Below are positions 11,236 through 23,422 of a stretch of DNA of 64,000 bases, piece by piece; positions within the stretch are counted from its first letter, which is position 1; every line of letters begins with the position of its first letter. This DNA comes from Alphaproteobacteria bacterium. Lineage in GTDB: Bacteria; Pseudomonadota; Alphaproteobacteria; GCA-2746255. The stretch is taken from positions 544,001 through 608,000 of the forward strand of contig OZ252220.1 of NCBI GenBank assembly GCA_965249135.1, given 5' to 3'. Made by a program: the position numbers and the translations under genes. The notes beneath the pieces were generated by a model. That model did not search any database. It was not told the DNA's origin and saw nothing but the letters and a program-made list of their open reading frames with translations.

Positions 11236-13166
11236 TAGCCCATCTTCCCGATCAGATACCAGGTGATCAGCGCCGCGACGCCGACCAGCATCGCAAAGGC
11301 ATAGTGATAGACGTAGCCGGTCTGTAAGCGGCTGGCGCGACGCGCCAGATTAAGGGTGGCCGCCGCCACGCCATCCGGACCGACGCCGTCGATCAGCGCA
11401 CCGTCGCCCTGTTTCCAGAACCCGCGACCAAGCCACTTCGCCGGGTTCACGAACATCCAGTCGTAAAGTTCGTCGAAGTACCACTTGTTGAGTAAGAAGA
11501 GGTAAAGCCGCCGCATCTTGTCGGCAAGCAAGCCCGGCAGCGACGGCATAAATAGGTAGAAGAGATAGGCAACCGCAATTCCGATCGCCCCCATGACGAC
11601 GGGCAACAGCTTCACCCATTCCGGCACGTGATGCGCATCGAAAATTGCCGAGTGCGTCGGCAACACGAGAATCGCATCGCGCCAGAAGGCCTCCATCCCA
11701 TGGCCGACGAAGTATTCGTAGCCGACATAGCCCGCGAAGATCGCGCCGAGCGCCAGCCCGATCAGCGGCAGCGTTATCACCTTCGGCGACTCGTGGACAT
11801 GGGCCATGACGTCTGCGTCCGCCCGCGGCTTCCCATGGAACGTCATCAGGATCAGCCGCCAGGAATAAAACGCGGTAAGCGCCGCAGCCCCCGCCCCCAG
11901 CCAGAAGGCGTATTGCCCGACTGCTGTGTGGGCGGCGTAAGCGGATTCGAGGATCATGTCCTTCGAGTAATAACCGGCAAAGAAGGGAACGCCGGCAAGC
12001 GCCAGACTGCCGATCCACATCAAGGCGTAGGTCAGCGGGATCTTCTTCCACACCCCGCCCATCTTGCGCATGTCCTGTTCGTTCGAAAATGCGTGAATGA
12101 CGGAGCCGGCCGCCAGGAACAAAAGCGCCTTGAAGAAGGCGTGGGTCATGAGGTGGAAGATCGACGCTGCGTAAGCGGAAACGCCGGCGGCAAAGAACAT
12201 GTAGCCCAACTGGCTGCAGGTCGAATAGGCGATCACGCGCTTGATGTCGTTTTGGACGAGGCCGACGGTCGCGGCAAAGAACGCCGTCGAGGCGCCGACG
12301 ATGGCGACGACGTTAAGGGCGAACGGCGCGTATTCGAAGATCGGCGAAAGGCGGACCACCATGAAGACGCCGGCCGTCACCATCGTCGCGGCATGGATGA
12401 GGGCGGAGACCGGGGTCGGGCCCTCCATCGCATCCGGCAGCCATGTGTGCAGCCCCAGCTGCGCGGATTTTCCCATGGCGCCGATAAACAGCAGCAGGCA
12501 AAGCACGGTGAGCGCATCGAAGTCGGCGCCCAGGAAATGAAGCAGCGTGCCGGCCTTGTCCGGCGCATCGGCAAAGATGACGTCCAGAAGCAGCGAATCG
12601 AAAAGGAAGAAAATGCCGAAAATGCCTAGACCGAAGCCGAAGTCGCCGACCCGGTTCACGAGAAAGGCCTTGATCGCGGCGGCGTTGGCGGCAGGCCGGT
12701 CGTACCAGAAACCGATCAAGAGATAGGAGGCAAGGCCCACCCCTTCCCAGCCGAAATAAAGCTGCACGAGATCGTTTGCCGAGACCAGCATCAGCATGAA
12801 GAAGGTGAACAGACTTAAATAAGACATGAAGCGGGGAACGGATGGGTCGCCCTGCATGTAACCGATCGAATAGATGTGCACCATCGCCGAGACGACGTTC
12901 ACGACGAGCACCATCACCGCCGTCAACGTATCGAATTTCAGCGCCCAGGCGACCTCGACCGCGCCGGATTCGATCCATGAAAAAACCTGGATGGTCTGCC
13001 CGTGGCCCTCGATGGCGACTTCCAGAAAGACCGGAATCGAAAGAACCGCCGCCAGCACCATGGCGCCGCAGGTCACCAACTGCGCCCCCCGATCGCCCAG
13101 CCAACGGCCGAACAAACCGGCGAGGATGGCGGCGACTAACGGAAGGAAGATGACGGCAGAATACAT
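11235..13166 (-). CDS. nuoL: NADH-quinone oxidoreductase subunit L
   Basis: [32 protein letters not shown] motif. Confidence 0.96.
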   Translation of the reverse strand: MYSAVIFLPLVAAILAGLFGRWLGDRGAQLVTCGAMVLAAVLSIPVFLEVAIEGHGQTIQVFSWIESGAVEVAWALKFDTLTAVMVLVVNVVSAMVHIYSIGYMQGDPSVPRFMSYLSLFTFFMLMLVSANDLVQLYFGWEGVGLASYLLIGFWYDRPAANAAAIKAFLVNRVGDFGFGLGIFGIFFLFDSLLLDVIFADAPDKAGTLLHFLGADFDALTVLCLLLFIGAMGKSAQLGLHTWLPDAMEGPTPVSALIHAATMVTAGVFMVVRLSPIFEYAPFALNVVAIVGASTAFFAATVGLVQNDIKRVIAYSTCSQLGYMFFAAGVSAYAASIFHLMTHAFFKALLFLAAGSVIHAFSNEQDMRKMGGVWKKIPLTYALMWIGSLALAGVPFFAGYYSKDMILESAYAAHTAVGQYAFWLGAGAAALTAFYSWRLILMTFHGKPRADADVMAHVHESPKVITLPLIGLALGAIFAGYVGYEYFVGHGMEAFWRDAILVLPTHSAIFDAHHVPEWVKLLPVVMGAIGIAVAYLFYLFMPSLPGLLADKMRRLYLFLLNKWYFDELYDWMFVNPAKWLGRGFWKQGDGALIDGVGPDGVAAATLNLARRASRLQTGYVYHYAFAMLVGVAALITWYLIGKMG

Positions 13167-13173
13167 GGCGCGC

Positions 13174-13485
13174 TCAACCCTTCATCAGGTTGACGTCTTC
13201 GACCGCGATCGACCCGCGGTTACGGAAATAAACGACGATGATGGCGAGTCCCACCGCGGCCTCTGCGGCCGCCACCGTCAACACGAACATCGCGAAGACC
13301 TGGCCCACCATGTCCTGCAGGTGCGCCGAGAACGAAACCAGGTTGATGTTCACCGCAAGCAGCATCAACTCGATCGACATCAGGATGATGATGACGTTCT
13401 TGCGGTTGAGAAAGATGCCGAGGACGCCCAGCGTAAACAGGATCGCGGCAACCGTTAGGTAGTGGGCAAGCCCGATCGTCAGCAT
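13174..13485 (-). CDS. nuoK: NADH-quinone oxidoreductase subunit K
   Basis: [13 protein letters not shown] and [12 protein letters not shown] motifs. Confidence 0.96.
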   Translation of the reverse strand: MLTIGLAHYLTVAAILFTLGVLGIFLNRKNVIIILMSIELMLLAVNINLVSFSAHLQDMVGQVFAMFVLTVAAAEAAVGLAIIVVYFRNRGSIAVEDVNLMKG

Positions 13486-14093
13486 CAGACCCCGCTTCCC
13501 GGCGTTACTTTACGAATCGCAACGGCCTCTTCCCGCTTCCGTCCGATCTGATTGCCGGGCCGCTGTTTCCGAACGTCGGGGCGGACACGCAAGGTGAGCA
13601 CGATGGCGCCGATCATCGCCACCAGCAGGATGATGCCGGCCGTCTGGAAGAGATAGATGTACCGCGTATAAAGGATATCGCCCAGCGCTTCCGTGTTCGT
13701 TCGATCGCCGATCTCAGGCGTCGGCATGGCACCGCTCATCTCCGGCCCGAAGGCCCAGGTGCCGCCGACCAGCACGAGTTCCGCCAACAGCACGAGGCCG
13801 ATCAGGGCGCCTACGGGCAGGTATTGCAAGAAGCCCTGTCGAAGCTCGACAAAATTGATATTGAGCATCATGACGACGAACAGGAACAGGACGGCGATCG
13901 CGCCGACATAGACGACGATCAGGATCATCGCCAGAAACTCCGCGCCCAAGAGCACGAAAAGAGCGGCCCCATTGAAGAAGGCAAGGATCAGGAACAGCAC
14001 GGAATGAACCGGGTTGCGGGCGGCAATCACCATCACGCCGCCGGCCACCGCCACGGCAGAAAATGCATAAAAAGCAAGGGCTTGAAGGATCAT
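13485..14093 (-). CDS. nuoJ: NADH-quinone oxidoreductase subunit J
   Basis: NPVHSVLFL and [15 protein letters not shown] motifs. Confidence 0.95.
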   Translation of the reverse strand: MILQALAFYAFSAVAVAGGVMVIAARNPVHSVLFLILAFFNGAALFVLLGAEFLAMILIVVYVGAIAVLFLFVVMMLNINFVELRQGFLQYLPVGALIGLVLLAELVLVGGTWAFGPEMSGAMPTPEIGDRTNTEALGDILYTRYIYLFQTAGIILLVAMIGAIVLTLRVRPDVRKQRPGNQIGRKREEAVAIRKVTPGSGV

Positions 14094-14109
14094 CTGCGTT
14101 CCGTTCTTC

Positions 14110-14598
14110 CTAGCGATACGGCGCGTCCGCGATCAGGCGCGCAGCCAGCTGGTCCTCCCAGCGATCTCCGTTCGCCATCAGTTTTTCCTTGTCGTAGAGA
14201 AGTTCGGCATGGGTCTCGGTGGCAAATTCATAGTTCGGCCCCTCGACGATTGCGTCCACCGGACAAGCCGCTTCGCAAAGTCCGCAATAGATGCATTTCG
14301 TCATGTCGATGTCGTAGCGCGTCGTCCGACGGCTTCCATCTTCACGGGGTTCGGCCTCGATCGTGATCGCCAGGGCGGGACAGATCGCTTCGCAAAGCTT
14401 GCACGCGATGCAACGCTCCTCGCCGTTCGGGTAACGACGCAGCGCATGTTCACCGCGAAAGCGTGGCGAAAGCGGACCTTTCTCGTAAGGATAGTTGATC
14501 GTTACCTTTCGCCGGAACATATAGCGAAGTGTCAGGCCAAGGCCTGCGAGAAGCTCGCCTAGGAATAAAGCGCGCGCCGCCTTATCGAGCATGGCCAT
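14110..14598 (-). CDS. nuoI: NADH-quinone oxidoreductase subunit I
   Basis: Two CxxCxxCxxxCP [4Fe-4S] motifs; SPRFRGEH. Confidence 0.97.
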   Translation of the reverse strand: MAMLDKAARALFLGELLAGLGLTLRYMFRRKVTINYPYEKGPLSPRFRGEHALRRYPNGEERCIACKLCEAICPALAITIEAEPREDGSRRTTRYDIDMTKCIYCGLCEAACPVDAIVEGPNYEFATETHAELLYDKEKLMANGDRWEDQLAARLIADAPYR

Positions 14599-14613
14599 GA
14601 TCCATCCTCCGGT

Positions 14614-15624
14614 TTAGTTCGGCACCCAGCCGAACGCCTGCAGAACGCCAGCCGTCACGACGACCCAGAGAAGCGAAAAAGGAAGAAAAACCTTCCAGCC
14701 CAGTCGCATGAGTTGATCGTAGCGATAACGTGGGAAGGTCGCGCGAACCCACAGGAAACAGAAAAGAACGAAGCTGAGTTTGAGAACAAACCAGATCGGT
14801 CCCGGAATCCAATTGAAAGGCGCCGCATCAACCGGTGGCAACCAGCCGCCCAGGAACAGCACCGTCGTCATCCCGCTCATCAAGATCATGTTCGCGTACT
14901 CACCAAGGAAGAAGAGCGCGAACGCCATCGCTGAATATTCGACGTTGTACCCTGACACCAACTCGGATTCCGCCTCCGGTAGATCGAAGGGAGCGCGGTT
15001 CGTTTCCGCCAGCGCGGAAATGAAAAAGATGACGAACATCGGCAGAAGCGGCAGCACAAACCAGACGTTCTTTTGCGCAAGCACGATTTCAGAAAGGTTC
15101 AGCGAGCCGGCACAAAGCAGCACCGTAACCAGCACGAAGCCGATCGAAACTTCGTAAGAAACCATTTGCGCCGCCGAACGCAGCGCGCCCAGAAAGGCGT
15201 ATTTCGAATTGCTCGCCCAGCCGGCCATGATGACCCCGTAAACGCCAAGGGACGAAATCGCGAATAGGTACAGGATCCCGACATTGATGTTGGAAAGCAC
15301 GATCCCCTCACCGAAGGGGATCACCGCCCAGGCAACCAGGCTTAGAAGGAAAGTCAGCATGGGCGCCAATAGGAAGACCACCTTGTTCGCCCGGCTGGGC
15401 AGGATGGTTTCCTTGACCAGCAGCTTCAGGCCATCCGCGATCGGTTGCAGAAGCCCGAAGGGCCCAACGACGTTCGGGCCTTTTCGAAGCTGCATCGCGG
15501 CAATGACCTTGCGCTCCGCGTAGGTGAGATAGGCGACCGCCACCAGCAGCGGGACGATGATGGCGACGATCTGGGCGACGATGATCGTGCCCGGCCAGAG
15601 ATAGTCGCTCCACAGTTCAACCAT
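14614..15624 (-). CDS. nuoH: NADH-quinone oxidoreductase subunit H
   Basis: [15 protein letters not shown] and [17 protein letters not shown] motifs. Confidence 0.97.
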   Translation of the reverse strand: MVELWSDYLWPGTIIVAQIVAIIVPLLVAVAYLTYAERKVIAAMQLRKGPNVVGPFGLLQPIADGLKLLVKETILPSRANKVVFLLAPMLTFLLSLVAWAVIPFGEGIVLSNINVGILYLFAISSLGVYGVIMAGWASNSKYAFLGALRSAAQMVSYEVSIGFVLVTVLLCAGSLNLSEIVLAQKNVWFVLPLLPMFVIFFISALAETNRAPFDLPEAESELVSGYNVEYSAMAFALFFLGEYANMILMSGMTTVLFLGGWLPPVDAAPFNWIPGPIWFVLKLSFVLFCFLWVRATFPRYRYDQLMRLGWKVFLPFSLLWVVVTAGVLQAFGWVPN

Positions 15625-17680
15625 CGGTGCCGGTTTTTCCTTTAAGGGGTTGAACGAAGGCCTCCGTACAGGCGGCCATGGTGGGCGAGACGCGGCTGAT
15701 GGGATCCGTCATGTAGAAGTTGGCGATCGGATAGACGAGGCTCGCGTCCTTCACCGCACCGGACGCGCCGAATTTGCCCCAGGGGGCGCGTTCGACGACG
15801 TCTTCCGTCGCAAAATGTGCATTGACGCTGGTCAAACGTTCGCGGACCTGGGCCAAGCTGTCATAGGGAAGCGTCTTGCCGAGAGCGGCGGAAAGGGCGC
15901 GCAGGATCGCCCAGTCTTCCCGCGCATCCCCCGGCGGGAAAACCGCAAGGTTCGTCCGTTGTACGCGGCCTTCCAGGTTCACATAGGTGGCGTTCTTTTC
16001 CGTATAGGCGGCCCCTGGCAGAATGACGTCGGCGCGGTTGGCGCCCGCATCCCCGTGATGGCCCTGATAGATGACGAAGGCGCTTCCCAGCCGGCCCATG
16101 TCGATTTCATCGGCGCCAAGCAGGTAGACCATTTCGATCTCGCCCTTGCCAGCCCCTTCGAGGATGGCGTTCGCGTCACGGCCCCCCTTCCCCGGCGCAA
16201 AACCAAGATCGAGCCCGCCGACGCGCGAGGCGGCAAGGATAAGCACGTTAAAGCCATTCCATTCCTTGCTCACCATGCCGGCCGCCTCGGCAAGCCCGCG
16301 GGCCAGACCCAAGATCGCCGCCCCGTCGGCCCGCGCAAGCGCGCCCTCGCCCAGGATCAGCATCGCGCGTTCGGCTTTTTGCAACACGTCCGCAAAGGCA
16401 TGCTTACCGGAGACCAAGTCTTGCAACACCTTGGGCGAGTTGCCCAACGCCTCAACCGGATAGGTAAGGTCAAGCGCAGGCCCGATGGCGGCGATCTGAA
16501 AGCCGCCCATCCGATGACGCTTGCGAAGCCGCGTGTTCACCAGCGCCGCTTCCCAGCGCGGATTCGTGCCGATGAGAAGGCAGGCATCCGCCGCCTCGAT
16601 GCCGGCGATCGTCGTGTTGAAGCGATAGCTCGAAGGCTGCTCCGGATCCACCGCAGCACCCCCTTGCCGGCAATCGAGATGGGGCGTGCCCAAGCCCGTC
16701 ATCAGGTCTTTCAGCGCCACCATCGATTCGCAATCCGCAAGATCGCCGGCAATCGCGGCGATTGCGCCTTCGGAAAGCCCCTTCAGCCGGCTCGCGATGG
16801 CGGCAAACGCCGCCTCCCAGGTGGCAGGCTCGAGCTTGCCGTTGCGCCGGACGTAAGGTTGATCCAGGCGTTGGTGTTTCAGCCCGTCGCAGGCGTGCCG
16901 CGTCTTGTCGTTGATCCACTCTTCGTTTACGTCCTCGTTCAGCCTGGGCAGGATGCGCATGACCTCCTTGCCGCGGGCATCGACGCGGATCGCACTTCCC
17001 ACTGCATCGAGGACGTCGATCGATTCGGTCTTGCAAAGCTCCCACGAGCGCGCCGTAAAGGCATAGGGCTTCGAAGTCAGCGCGCCGACCGGGCAAAGAT
17101 CGACAAGATTGCCCGAGACTTCCGTATTCACCGTCTGTTCGACATAGGTGTCGATTTCCATGTCCTCGCCGCGTCCCGTAGCCCCAAGCACGTAAACGCC
17201 TGCGATTTCCTCGGCGAAACGGATGCAGCGCGTACAATGGATGCAGCGCGTCATGATTGTCTTAATGAGGGGGCCAAGCTCCTTGTCCTCGACCGCCCGC
17301 TTGTTTTCTTCGAAACGGCTGCGATCGAATCCATAGGCCATCGCCTGGTCCTGCAGATCGCACTCGCCACCTTGGTCGCAGATCGGGCAATCCAGCGGGT
17401 GGTTGATGAGAAGGAACTCCATGACGCCTTTGCGCGCCTTCTCGACCATCGGCGTGTTCGTATGAATCACCATGCCCTCGGCGACCGGCATCGCGCAGGA
17501 CGCAATCGGCTTTGGCGAACGTTCCATCTCGACGAGGCACATCCGGCAGTTGCCGGCGATCGAGAGCCGCTCGTGGTAGCAGAAGTGCGGAATTTCTATT
17601 CCCGCCTCCTCGCAGGCCTGAAGGACCGTAATCCCTGGCTCGACCTCGATTTCCTGGCCGTTGATCGTCATCTTCGGCAT
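15617..17680 (-). CDS. nuoG: NADH-quinone oxidoreductase subunit G
   Basis: [42 protein letters not shown]. Confidence 0.97.
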   Translation of the reverse strand: MPKMTINGQEIEVEPGITVLQACEEAGIEIPHFCYHERLSIAGNCRMCLVEMERSPKPIASCAMPVAEGMVIHTNTPMVEKARKGVMEFLLINHPLDCPICDQGGECDLQDQAMAYGFDRSRFEENKRAVEDKELGPLIKTIMTRCIHCTRCIRFAEEIAGVYVLGATGRGEDMEIDTYVEQTVNTEVSGNLVDLCPVGALTSKPYAFTARSWELCKTESIDVLDAVGSAIRVDARGKEVMRILPRLNEDVNEEWINDKTRHACDGLKHQRLDQPYVRRNGKLEPATWEAAFAAIASRLKGLSEGAIAAIAGDLADCESMVALKDLMTGLGTPHLDCRQGGAAVDPEQPSSYRFNTTIAGIEAADACLLIGTNPRWEAALVNTRLRKRHRMGGFQIAAIGPALDLTYPVEALGNSPKVLQDLVSGKHAFADVLQKAERAMLILGEGALARADGAAILGLARGLAEAAGMVSKEWNGFNVLILAASRVGGLDLGFAPGKGGRDANAILEGAGKGEIEMVYLLGADEIDMGRLGSAFVIYQGHHGDAGANRADVILPGAAYTEKNATYVNLEGRVQRTNLAVFPPGDAREDWAILRALSAALGKTLPYDSLAQVRERLTSVNAHFATEDVVERAPWGKFGASGAVKDASLVYPIANFYMTDPISRVSPTMAACTEAFVQPLKGKTGTDG

Positions 17681-17690
17681 GGTGGTTCCT

Positions 17691-18980
17691 TTACGCGGCC
17701 TCCGTGTCGCCGCTTACTTGACGCTTGAGGATTCGGCGTTCGAGTTCGGGCCGGAAATGGCGGATCAGACCCTGGATCGGCCAAGCCGCGGCATCGCCGA
17801 GCGCGCAGATCGTGTGCCCTTCGACCTCGTAGGTCACCTCTTCCAGCATGTCGATCTCGTCGACATGGGCCTCGCCTTTGACGAGGCGTTCCATGACACG
17901 CCACATCCACCCGGTGCCCTCGCGGCATGGCGTGCACTGGCCGCAGCTTTCGTGCTTGTAGAACTGCGCGAGCCTGGCGATTGCCTTCACGATGTCCGTC
18001 GATTTGTCCATCACGATGACGGCCGCCGTGCCAAGCCCCGACTTCACCTCTTGCAGGCTGTCAAAATCCATCAGCACGGTGTCGCAGATCGACTTCGGAA
18101 TGACCGGCACAGAAGACCCGCCCGGAATGACCGCAAGCAGGTTGTCCCAGCCCCCTCGGACGCCGCCCGCATGGGTTTCGATGAGCTCGCGAAGGGGGAT
18201 CCCCATCGCCTCCTCGACGAGACAAGGTTCGTTCACGTGGCCGGAGATGCAGAAGAGCTTCGTGCCGGTGTTGTTCTCTCGGCCGATGCCGGCGAACCAT
18301 TCGGGGCCACGCCTTAAGATTTCGGGTGCTACGGCAATCGTCTCGACGTTGTTCACGGTGGTCGGGCAACCATAAAGCCCGGCATTCGCCGGGAATGGAG
18401 GCTTCAGGCGCGGCTGGCCTTTCTTGCCCTCGAGGCTTTCCAGAAGCCCCGTCTCCTCGCCGCAGATGTAGGCGCCAGAGCCGCGGTGGAGGTAAATGTC
18501 GAAATCCCAACCGGACTTGCAGGCGTTCGGGCCGATGAGGCCCGCCTCATAGGCCTCCTCGATGGCGGTCTGCAGGCGTTCCGCCTCGCGAAAGAATTCG
18601 CCGCGAATGTAGATGTAGCAGGCATGTGCCGCCATCGCGAAGCCGGCCACCAGGCAGCCTTCCAAAAGCTTGTGCGGATCGTTCCGCATGATGTCGCGGT
18701 CCTTGCAGGTGCCAGGCTCGCTTTCGTCGGCATTGACGACGAGATAGTGCGGCTTCGCGCCCACCTCCTTCGGCATGAAGGACCATTTTAGGCCGGCGCC
18801 GAAGCCGGCGCCGCCACGGCCGCGAAGGCCCGAGTCCTTCACGGCCTCGATGATCCCATCGCGGCCTTTCTCCAGCAGCGTCTTCGTGTTCTGCCAGTCG
18901 CCGCGCGCAAGCGCACCCTTAAGGCCCGGATCTTCCTGGCCGTAAAGATTCGTAAAGATCCGGTCTTTATCGCGAAGCAT
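17691..18980 (-). CDS. nuoF: NADH-quinone oxidoreductase subunit F
   Basis: [14 protein letters not shown] start; [28 protein letters not shown]. Confidence 0.97.
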   Translation of the reverse strand: MLRDKDRIFTNLYGQEDPGLKGALARGDWQNTKTLLEKGRDGIIEAVKDSGLRGRGGAGFGAGLKWSFMPKEVGAKPHYLVVNADESEPGTCKDRDIMRNDPHKLLEGCLVAGFAMAAHACYIYIRGEFFREAERLQTAIEEAYEAGLIGPNACKSGWDFDIYLHRGSGAYICGEETGLLESLEGKKGQPRLKPPFPANAGLYGCPTTVNNVETIAVAPEILRRGPEWFAGIGRENNTGTKLFCISGHVNEPCLVEEAMGIPLRELIETHAGGVRGGWDNLLAVIPGGSSVPVIPKSICDTVLMDFDSLQEVKSGLGTAAVIVMDKSTDIVKAIARLAQFYKHESCGQCTPCREGTGWMWRVMERLVKGEAHVDEIDMLEEVTYEVEGHTICALGDAAAWPIQGLIRHFRPELERRILKRQVSGDTEAA

Positions 18981-19603
18981 CAGGTTTTTCCTTTCCCGGA
19001 CGCGAGTGCAAGCAGCGTCTTTGGACCCGATTGGGGCGCACCGCACAGCCGTCCGGCCAGGGAGCCGGACCTTGGCTTCTCGCCGCGGCGCAAGGCCTCA
19101 AGAAGTGTCTTCGTGGAATCGAAATCCAGGTCTTCGTAATAGTCGTCGTTGATCTGGATCATCGGTGCGTTCACGCAGGCACCGAGGCATTCGACTTCCG
19201 TGACGGTGAATTTCCCATCCTGTGTCGTCTCACCGGGGCCGATCCCAACCGTTTCCTTTACGGCACGGATTACCTCGTCCGAACCGCGCAGCCAGCAGGG
19301 CGTCGTCGTGCAGATCTGCACGAAATGTTCACCGACGGGCTTCAGGTTGAACATCGTGTAGAAGGTGGCGACCTCGTAGACGCGGATCGGTGGCATGGAA
19401 AGCACGCCCGCCACGTGATCCATCGCGGCGCGCGGCAGCCAACCACCGCATTCGCGCTGGGCAAGGTCGAGCAAGGGCAGCACCGCGCTTGCCTGGCGCC
19501 CTTCCGGGTACTTGGCGATGATCGTTTCGATCCTGGCCTGGTTCTCGGCCGAGAAGGTGAAACTGTCCAGTCCCGCGGCTGCCTTTTTCGAAGGCCCGCT
19601 CAT
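18980..19603 (-). CDS. nuoE: NADH-quinone oxidoreductase subunit E
   Basis: [15 protein letters not shown] and ECLGAC [2Fe-2S] motifs; ATG at 19603 overlaps the nuoD stop. Confidence 0.95.
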   Translation of the reverse strand: MSGPSKKAAAGLDSFTFSAENQARIETIIAKYPEGRQASAVLPLLDLAQRECGGWLPRAAMDHVAGVLSMPPIRVYEVATFYTMFNLKPVGEHFVQICTTTPCWLRGSDEVIRAVKETVGIGPGETTQDGKFTVTEVECLGACVNAPMIQINDDYYEDLDFDSTKTLLEALRRGEKPRSGSLAGRLCGAPQSGPKTLLALASGKGKT

Positions 19604-20778
19604 CGGTCCACCTCGCCGAAAACGATGTCGAGGCTGCCGATGATCGCGCTTACATCGGCCAGCATGTGCCCCCTGCTCATCATGTCGAGGCCCTGCAGAT
19701 GGGCAAACCCAGGGGCGCGTATCTTGCAGCGATAGGGCTGGTTCGTGCCGTCCGCGACGAGGTAGACTCCGAACTCGCCTTTCGGTGCCTCGACGACGGT
19801 GTAGGTTTCGCCGGCCGGCACGTGGTAGCCCTCGGTGTAGAGCTTGAAGTGATGGATGAGCGCCTCCATCGAACGCTTCATCTCGGAGCGTGACGGCGGG
19901 TTGATCTTCGCGTTCGTATCGTGGACCGGCCCTTCCGGCATTTGCTCGAGGCATTGCCGCATGATGCGCAGGCTTTGCCGTACTTCCTCGACGCGCACCA
20001 GGTAGCGGCTGTAGCAATCGCCGCCTAAGCCCACGGGCACGTCGAAATCCATGTCGGCATAAACGTCATAGGGCTGCGCCTTGCGAAGGTCCCAGGCGAC
20101 GTTCGATGCACGCAGTATCGGCCCCGTAAAACCCCAGTCCAGCGCCTGCTCCGCCGTCACGATCCCGATGTCGACCGTGCGCTGTTTGAAGATGCGGTTT
20201 TCCGTCAGCAGCGACTCGATATCGTCGAGGACCTTGGGAAAGCGCTCCATAAACGCGTAAATGTCCTCATCCAGGCCGATCGGCATGTCGCGCTCGACGC
20301 CGCCGGGCCGGAAATAGGCGGCATGGAGCCGTGCACCGGAAACGCGCTCATAGAACTCCATCAGAATCTCGCGCTCTTCGAAGGCCCACAGGAACGGTGT
20401 CATCGCACCGACGTCGAGCGCAAAGGCGGTCACGTTCAGCAGGTGATTCAAGATGCGCGAGATCTCGGCGAACAGCACGCGGATGTACTGGCCGCGGATC
20501 GGCGCCTCGATCTCAAGCAGCTTCTCGACCGCCAGCGCGAAGGCATGTTCCTGGGACATGGGCGCGACGTAATCGAGGCGATCGAAATACGGCACGGCCT
20601 GCAAATAGGTTTTGTATTCGATGAGCTTTTCCGTTCCCCGGTGCAAAAGCCCGATGTGGGGGTCCGCCCGGTCGACGATCTCGCCATCGAGCTCGAGCAC
20701 GAGGCGAAGGACGCCGTGCGCGGCTGGATGCTGCGGTCCGAAATTGATCGTGTAGTTCTGAATCCGCGCTTCTGCCAT
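19600..20778 (-). CDS. nuoD: NADH-quinone oxidoreductase subunit D
   Basis: [15 protein letters not shown] and C-terminal DIVFGEVDR. Confidence 0.97.
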   Translation of the reverse strand: MAEARIQNYTINFGPQHPAAHGVLRLVLELDGEIVDRADPHIGLLHRGTEKLIEYKTYLQAVPYFDRLDYVAPMSQEHAFALAVEKLLEIEAPIRGQYIRVLFAEISRILNHLLNVTAFALDVGAMTPFLWAFEEREILMEFYERVSGARLHAAYFRPGGVERDMPIGLDEDIYAFMERFPKVLDDIESLLTENRIFKQRTVDIGIVTAEQALDWGFTGPILRASNVAWDLRKAQPYDVYADMDFDVPVGLGGDCYSRYLVRVEEVRQSLRIMRQCLEQMPEGPVHDTNAKINPPSRSEMKRSMEALIHHFKLYTEGYHVPAGETYTVVEAPKGEFGVYLVADGTNQPYRCKIRAPGFAHLQGLDMMSRGHMLADVSAIIGSLDIVFGEVDR

Positions 20779-21401
20779 CACTCGCCCTTCTTGCCGGCTT
20801 CCGGGTCTGCCTTCTCATCGCCGGGCAGTAGAATTTCGGTGCCTTCCCACGGGGACATGAAATCGAAGGTGCGAAATTCCTGGGTCAGTTTGACGGGTTC
20901 ATAAACGACGCGTTTCTGATCCTCGTCGTAGCGCAACTCGACGAAGCCGGTGAGCGGGAAGTCCTTGCGCAGCGGGTGGCCTTCGAATCCATAGTCCGTG
21001 AGGATCCGGCGCAGGTCTGGATGACCGGAAAAGAAGATGCCGTAGAGGTCCCAGGCCTCCCGTTCCCACCAGTTGGCCGAATGGAACACATCGACGACGG
21101 AGGGAACGGGCTCTTCCTCTCCTACCGCGGCCTTCACGCGAATGCGCTGGTTTTGCGAGAGACTGAGCAGGTTGTAGACCACCTCGAAACGCTTCTCGCG
21201 TTCCGGATAGTCGACGCCGCAAAGGTCGACCAGCTGCTTGAACTGGCAGTTCGCGTCGTCCCGAAGGAAGGTCAGGACCTTCACGATCGATGACGGTGCC
21301 GCGGTCAGCACGAGCTCGTGATGGGCGATGGTCACTTCAACGATATCCTCAGGTAACGCAGCCTGAATGGTCTCGCCAAGTTCTTTGAGTGCCTCGTCCA
21401 T
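20778..21401 (-). CDS. nuoC: NADH-quinone oxidoreductase subunit C
   Basis: EREAWDLYG and [20 protein letters not shown]. Confidence 0.96.
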   Translation of the reverse strand: MDEALKELGETIQAALPEDIVEVTIAHHELVLTAAPSSIVKVLTFLRDDANCQFKQLVDLCGVDYPEREKRFEVVYNLLSLSQNQRIRVKAAVGEEEPVPSVVDVFHSANWWEREAWDLYGIFFSGHPDLRRILTDYGFEGHPLRKDFPLTGFVELRYDEDQKRVVYEPVKLTQEFRTFDFMSPWEGTEILLPGDEKADPEAGKKGE

Positions 21402-21421
21402 GTCTGACAGATGCGTCCCGA

Positions 21422-21979
21422 TTAGCGAGCGATGGTTCCGGTCCGACGGATCTTCTTCTGAAGCTGCAGCACGCCGTAAAGCAGCGCTTCCGCCGTCGGT
21501 GGACAGCCCGGAACGTAAATGTCGACCGGTACGATTCGATCGCAGCCGCGAACGACGGAATAGGAATAATGGTAGTAGCCGCCGCCATTAGCACAGGACC
21601 CCATCGAGATGACCCAGCGCGGCTCCGCCATCTGGTCGTAAACCTTGCGAAGTGCCGGCGCCATCTTGTTGACGAGGGTACCGGCCACGATCATGACGTC
21701 CGATTGACGTGGGCTCGGCCGGAAGACGACGCCGAAGCGGTCGAGGTCATAACGGCTGCAGGCGCTATGCATCATTTCGACCGCACAGCAGGCGAGCCCG
21801 AATGTCATGGGCCAGAGAGAGCCCGCACGCGCCCAATTAAAAAGCTTATCGGCTTGGGCAATGACGAAACCGCGATCGTCGAGTTCCTGGGTGGCGCGCT
21901 TCAGGATTCCATCCTGTTCCGCCCCCGGCGGAACGGAGCGCGCGAAGAGATCCGCCGGATCGCTGGTGCTCATTCCCAT
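21422..21979 (-). CDS. nuoB: NADH-quinone oxidoreductase subunit B
   Basis: [22 protein letters not shown] and PGCPP motifs. Confidence 0.96.
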   Translation of the reverse strand: MGMSTSDPADLFARSVPPGAEQDGILKRATQELDDRGFVIAQADKLFNWARAGSLWPMTFGLACCAVEMMHSACSRYDLDRFGVVFRPSPRQSDVMIVAGTLVNKMAPALRKVYDQMAEPRWVISMGSCANGGGYYHYSYSVVRGCDRIVPVDIYVPGCPPTAEALLYGVLQLQKKIRRTGTIAR

Positions 21980-22335
21980 TCCAAACCACCCTTCCGCCAT
22001 TCGTAAATGAAGCCTACGGTCAGGATGCCGAGGAAGATCATCATCGACCAGAAACCGAACGCGCCGATCTTCCCAAGACTCACCGCCCACGGAAAGAGGA
22101 ATGCCACCTCAAGGTCGAAGATGATGAAAAGAATGGCGACAAGGTAGAAACGGACGTCGAATTTATCGCGTGCGTCTTCGAAGGGCGCAAAGCCGCACTC
22201 ATAGGCCGAAAGTTTCTCCGAATCTGGATGCTGGGAGGCAAGAACGTAGGAAGCAAGCAGTGCAACCGCCGCGATCCCCCCGGCAATGCCGAGGAACAAC
22301 AGGATGGGAAGGTACTCTTGAAGCAATGCTTCCAT
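21970..22335 (-). CDS. nuoA: NADH-quinone oxidoreductase subunit A
   Basis: KLSAYECGF and [14 protein letters not shown] motifs. Confidence 0.96.
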   Translation of the reverse strand: MEALLQEYLPILLFLGIAGGIAAVALLASYVLASQHPDSEKLSAYECGFAPFEDARDKFDVRFYLVAILFIIFDLEVAFLFPWAVSLGKIGAFGFWSMMIFLGILTVGFIYEWRKGGLEWE

Positions 22336-22649
22336 TCGAACCGTTTCCGCCTGACTTGGCGCATGTGCCCGGACGGGCCTGCGCTTTTGAGATCCCCTTG
22401 CCGATTATCCGGCCGATTTATTAACCACCAATTTATCAAAGCCACAATCAGAGCTGAAACCCTTGGCTTGCTTGGCCTTGGCAAGGGCCGCCGAGTATAG
22501 CGGCCGCTTGGGGCGGAAAAAAGGGCGTTTGACCGCCGGGGGGGGCATGATTTTGCCTCAGAACACTCGATGGCAGGGTCCAAGACCGTGGCTCGGGCCT
22601 TGAACCTTCGCAACGCTCCCCGAACACGCATGGGCAGGGTGTCAAGGGG

Positions 22650-22727
22650 TGGCGGGAGTGACGGGACTCGAACCCGCGACCTCCGGCGTGACAGGCCGGC
22701 GCTCTAAACCAACTGAGCTACACCCCC
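22650..22727 (-). tRNA. tRNA-Asp(GTC)
   Basis: GGGGGTGTAGCTCAGTTGGTTTAGAGCGCCGGCCT-GTC-ACGCCGGAGGTCGCGGGTTCGAGTCCCGTCACTCCCGCCA; cloverleaf with encoded CCA. Confidence 0.96.
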
Positions 22728-22802
22728 CTATTTGCGAAGGCGGCCTCCTTACTCCTTCCACCTTCCGAGTGTCAAGCAGATGGGGAAACTCCGCGGGGTC
22801 CA

Positions 22803-22878
22803 TGGTGGGCGATGACGGGATCGAACCGCCGACCTTCTCGGTGTAAACGAGACGCTCTCCCAACTGAGCTAATCGCCC
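22803..22878 (-). tRNA. tRNA-Val(TAC)
   Basis: GGGCGATTAGCTCAGTTGGGAGAGCGTCTCGTT-TAC-ACCGAGAAGGTCGGCGGTTCGATCCCGTCATCGCCCACCA. Confidence 0.96.
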
Positions 22879-22920
22879 AGGAAAGGATTTGGGCCCTTTT
22901 TCAACTTCCCTCAAGCCAGA

Positions 22921-22955
22921 AACAATGTCGGCCGCCTGATAAAGGCGGCCGACAT
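22921..22955 (-). terminator. Terminator-like hairpin downstream of hup
   Basis: ATGTCGGCCGCC-7nt-GGCGGCCGACAT 12-bp stem, followed on the minus strand by TGTTT. Confidence 0.65.
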
Positions 22956-22997
22956 CCTAGAATTCCTTGTGAAGGACCCGCCAAAAGCGGTGTCAGT

Positions 22998-23273
22998 TCA
23001 ACGATTTACCGATTCTTTCAAGCCCTTGCCGGCCTTGAACTTTGGCTGCTTCGACGCAGGAATGTCGATCGCTTCACCGGTACGCGGATTCCGGCCCTTC
23101 GAAGCCGCACGATTCGCGACGCTGAAGGTGCCAAACCCAACCAGACGCACTTCGTTACCCTGCGTTAAGCTGTTTGAGATGATATCGAATACGCTTTCAA
23201 CCGCACGCGCACTATCCGCCTTCGACAAACCAGCTTTGCCTGAAACTGCAGCCACAAGATCGTTCTTATTCAC
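22998..23273 (-). CDS. hupB: DNA-binding protein HU
   Basis: (M)NKNDLVAAVS...GFGTF...GRNPRTG...PKFKAGKGLKE; GTG start after AAGGGGG. Confidence 0.94.
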   Translation of the reverse strand: MNKNDLVAAVSGKAGLSKADSARAVESVFDIISNSLTQGNEVRLVGFGTFSVANRAASKGRNPRTGEAIDIPASKQPKFKAGKGLKESVNR

Positions 23274-23422
23274 GTCCACGCCCCCTTTGTAAGAATGAGA
23301 TGGGCATCCCAATGGTGATTGATCGAGCATGAGTCTATGGCGCACCGAGAGGCGCGTCAATGCAGGAAACGCCATTTTCTGCGGTTTTTCGAGGGTTTGA
23401 CGCGTGTGGGCGGCGGGGCGAG

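Noticed and set aside
15650-17728. Long antisense ORFs over nuoG (similarly over lolE, glnA, clpX, the ABC exporter and nnr)
   Set aside because: Expected from GC-rich third positions producing stop-free antisense frames; each overlaps a well-supported gene.
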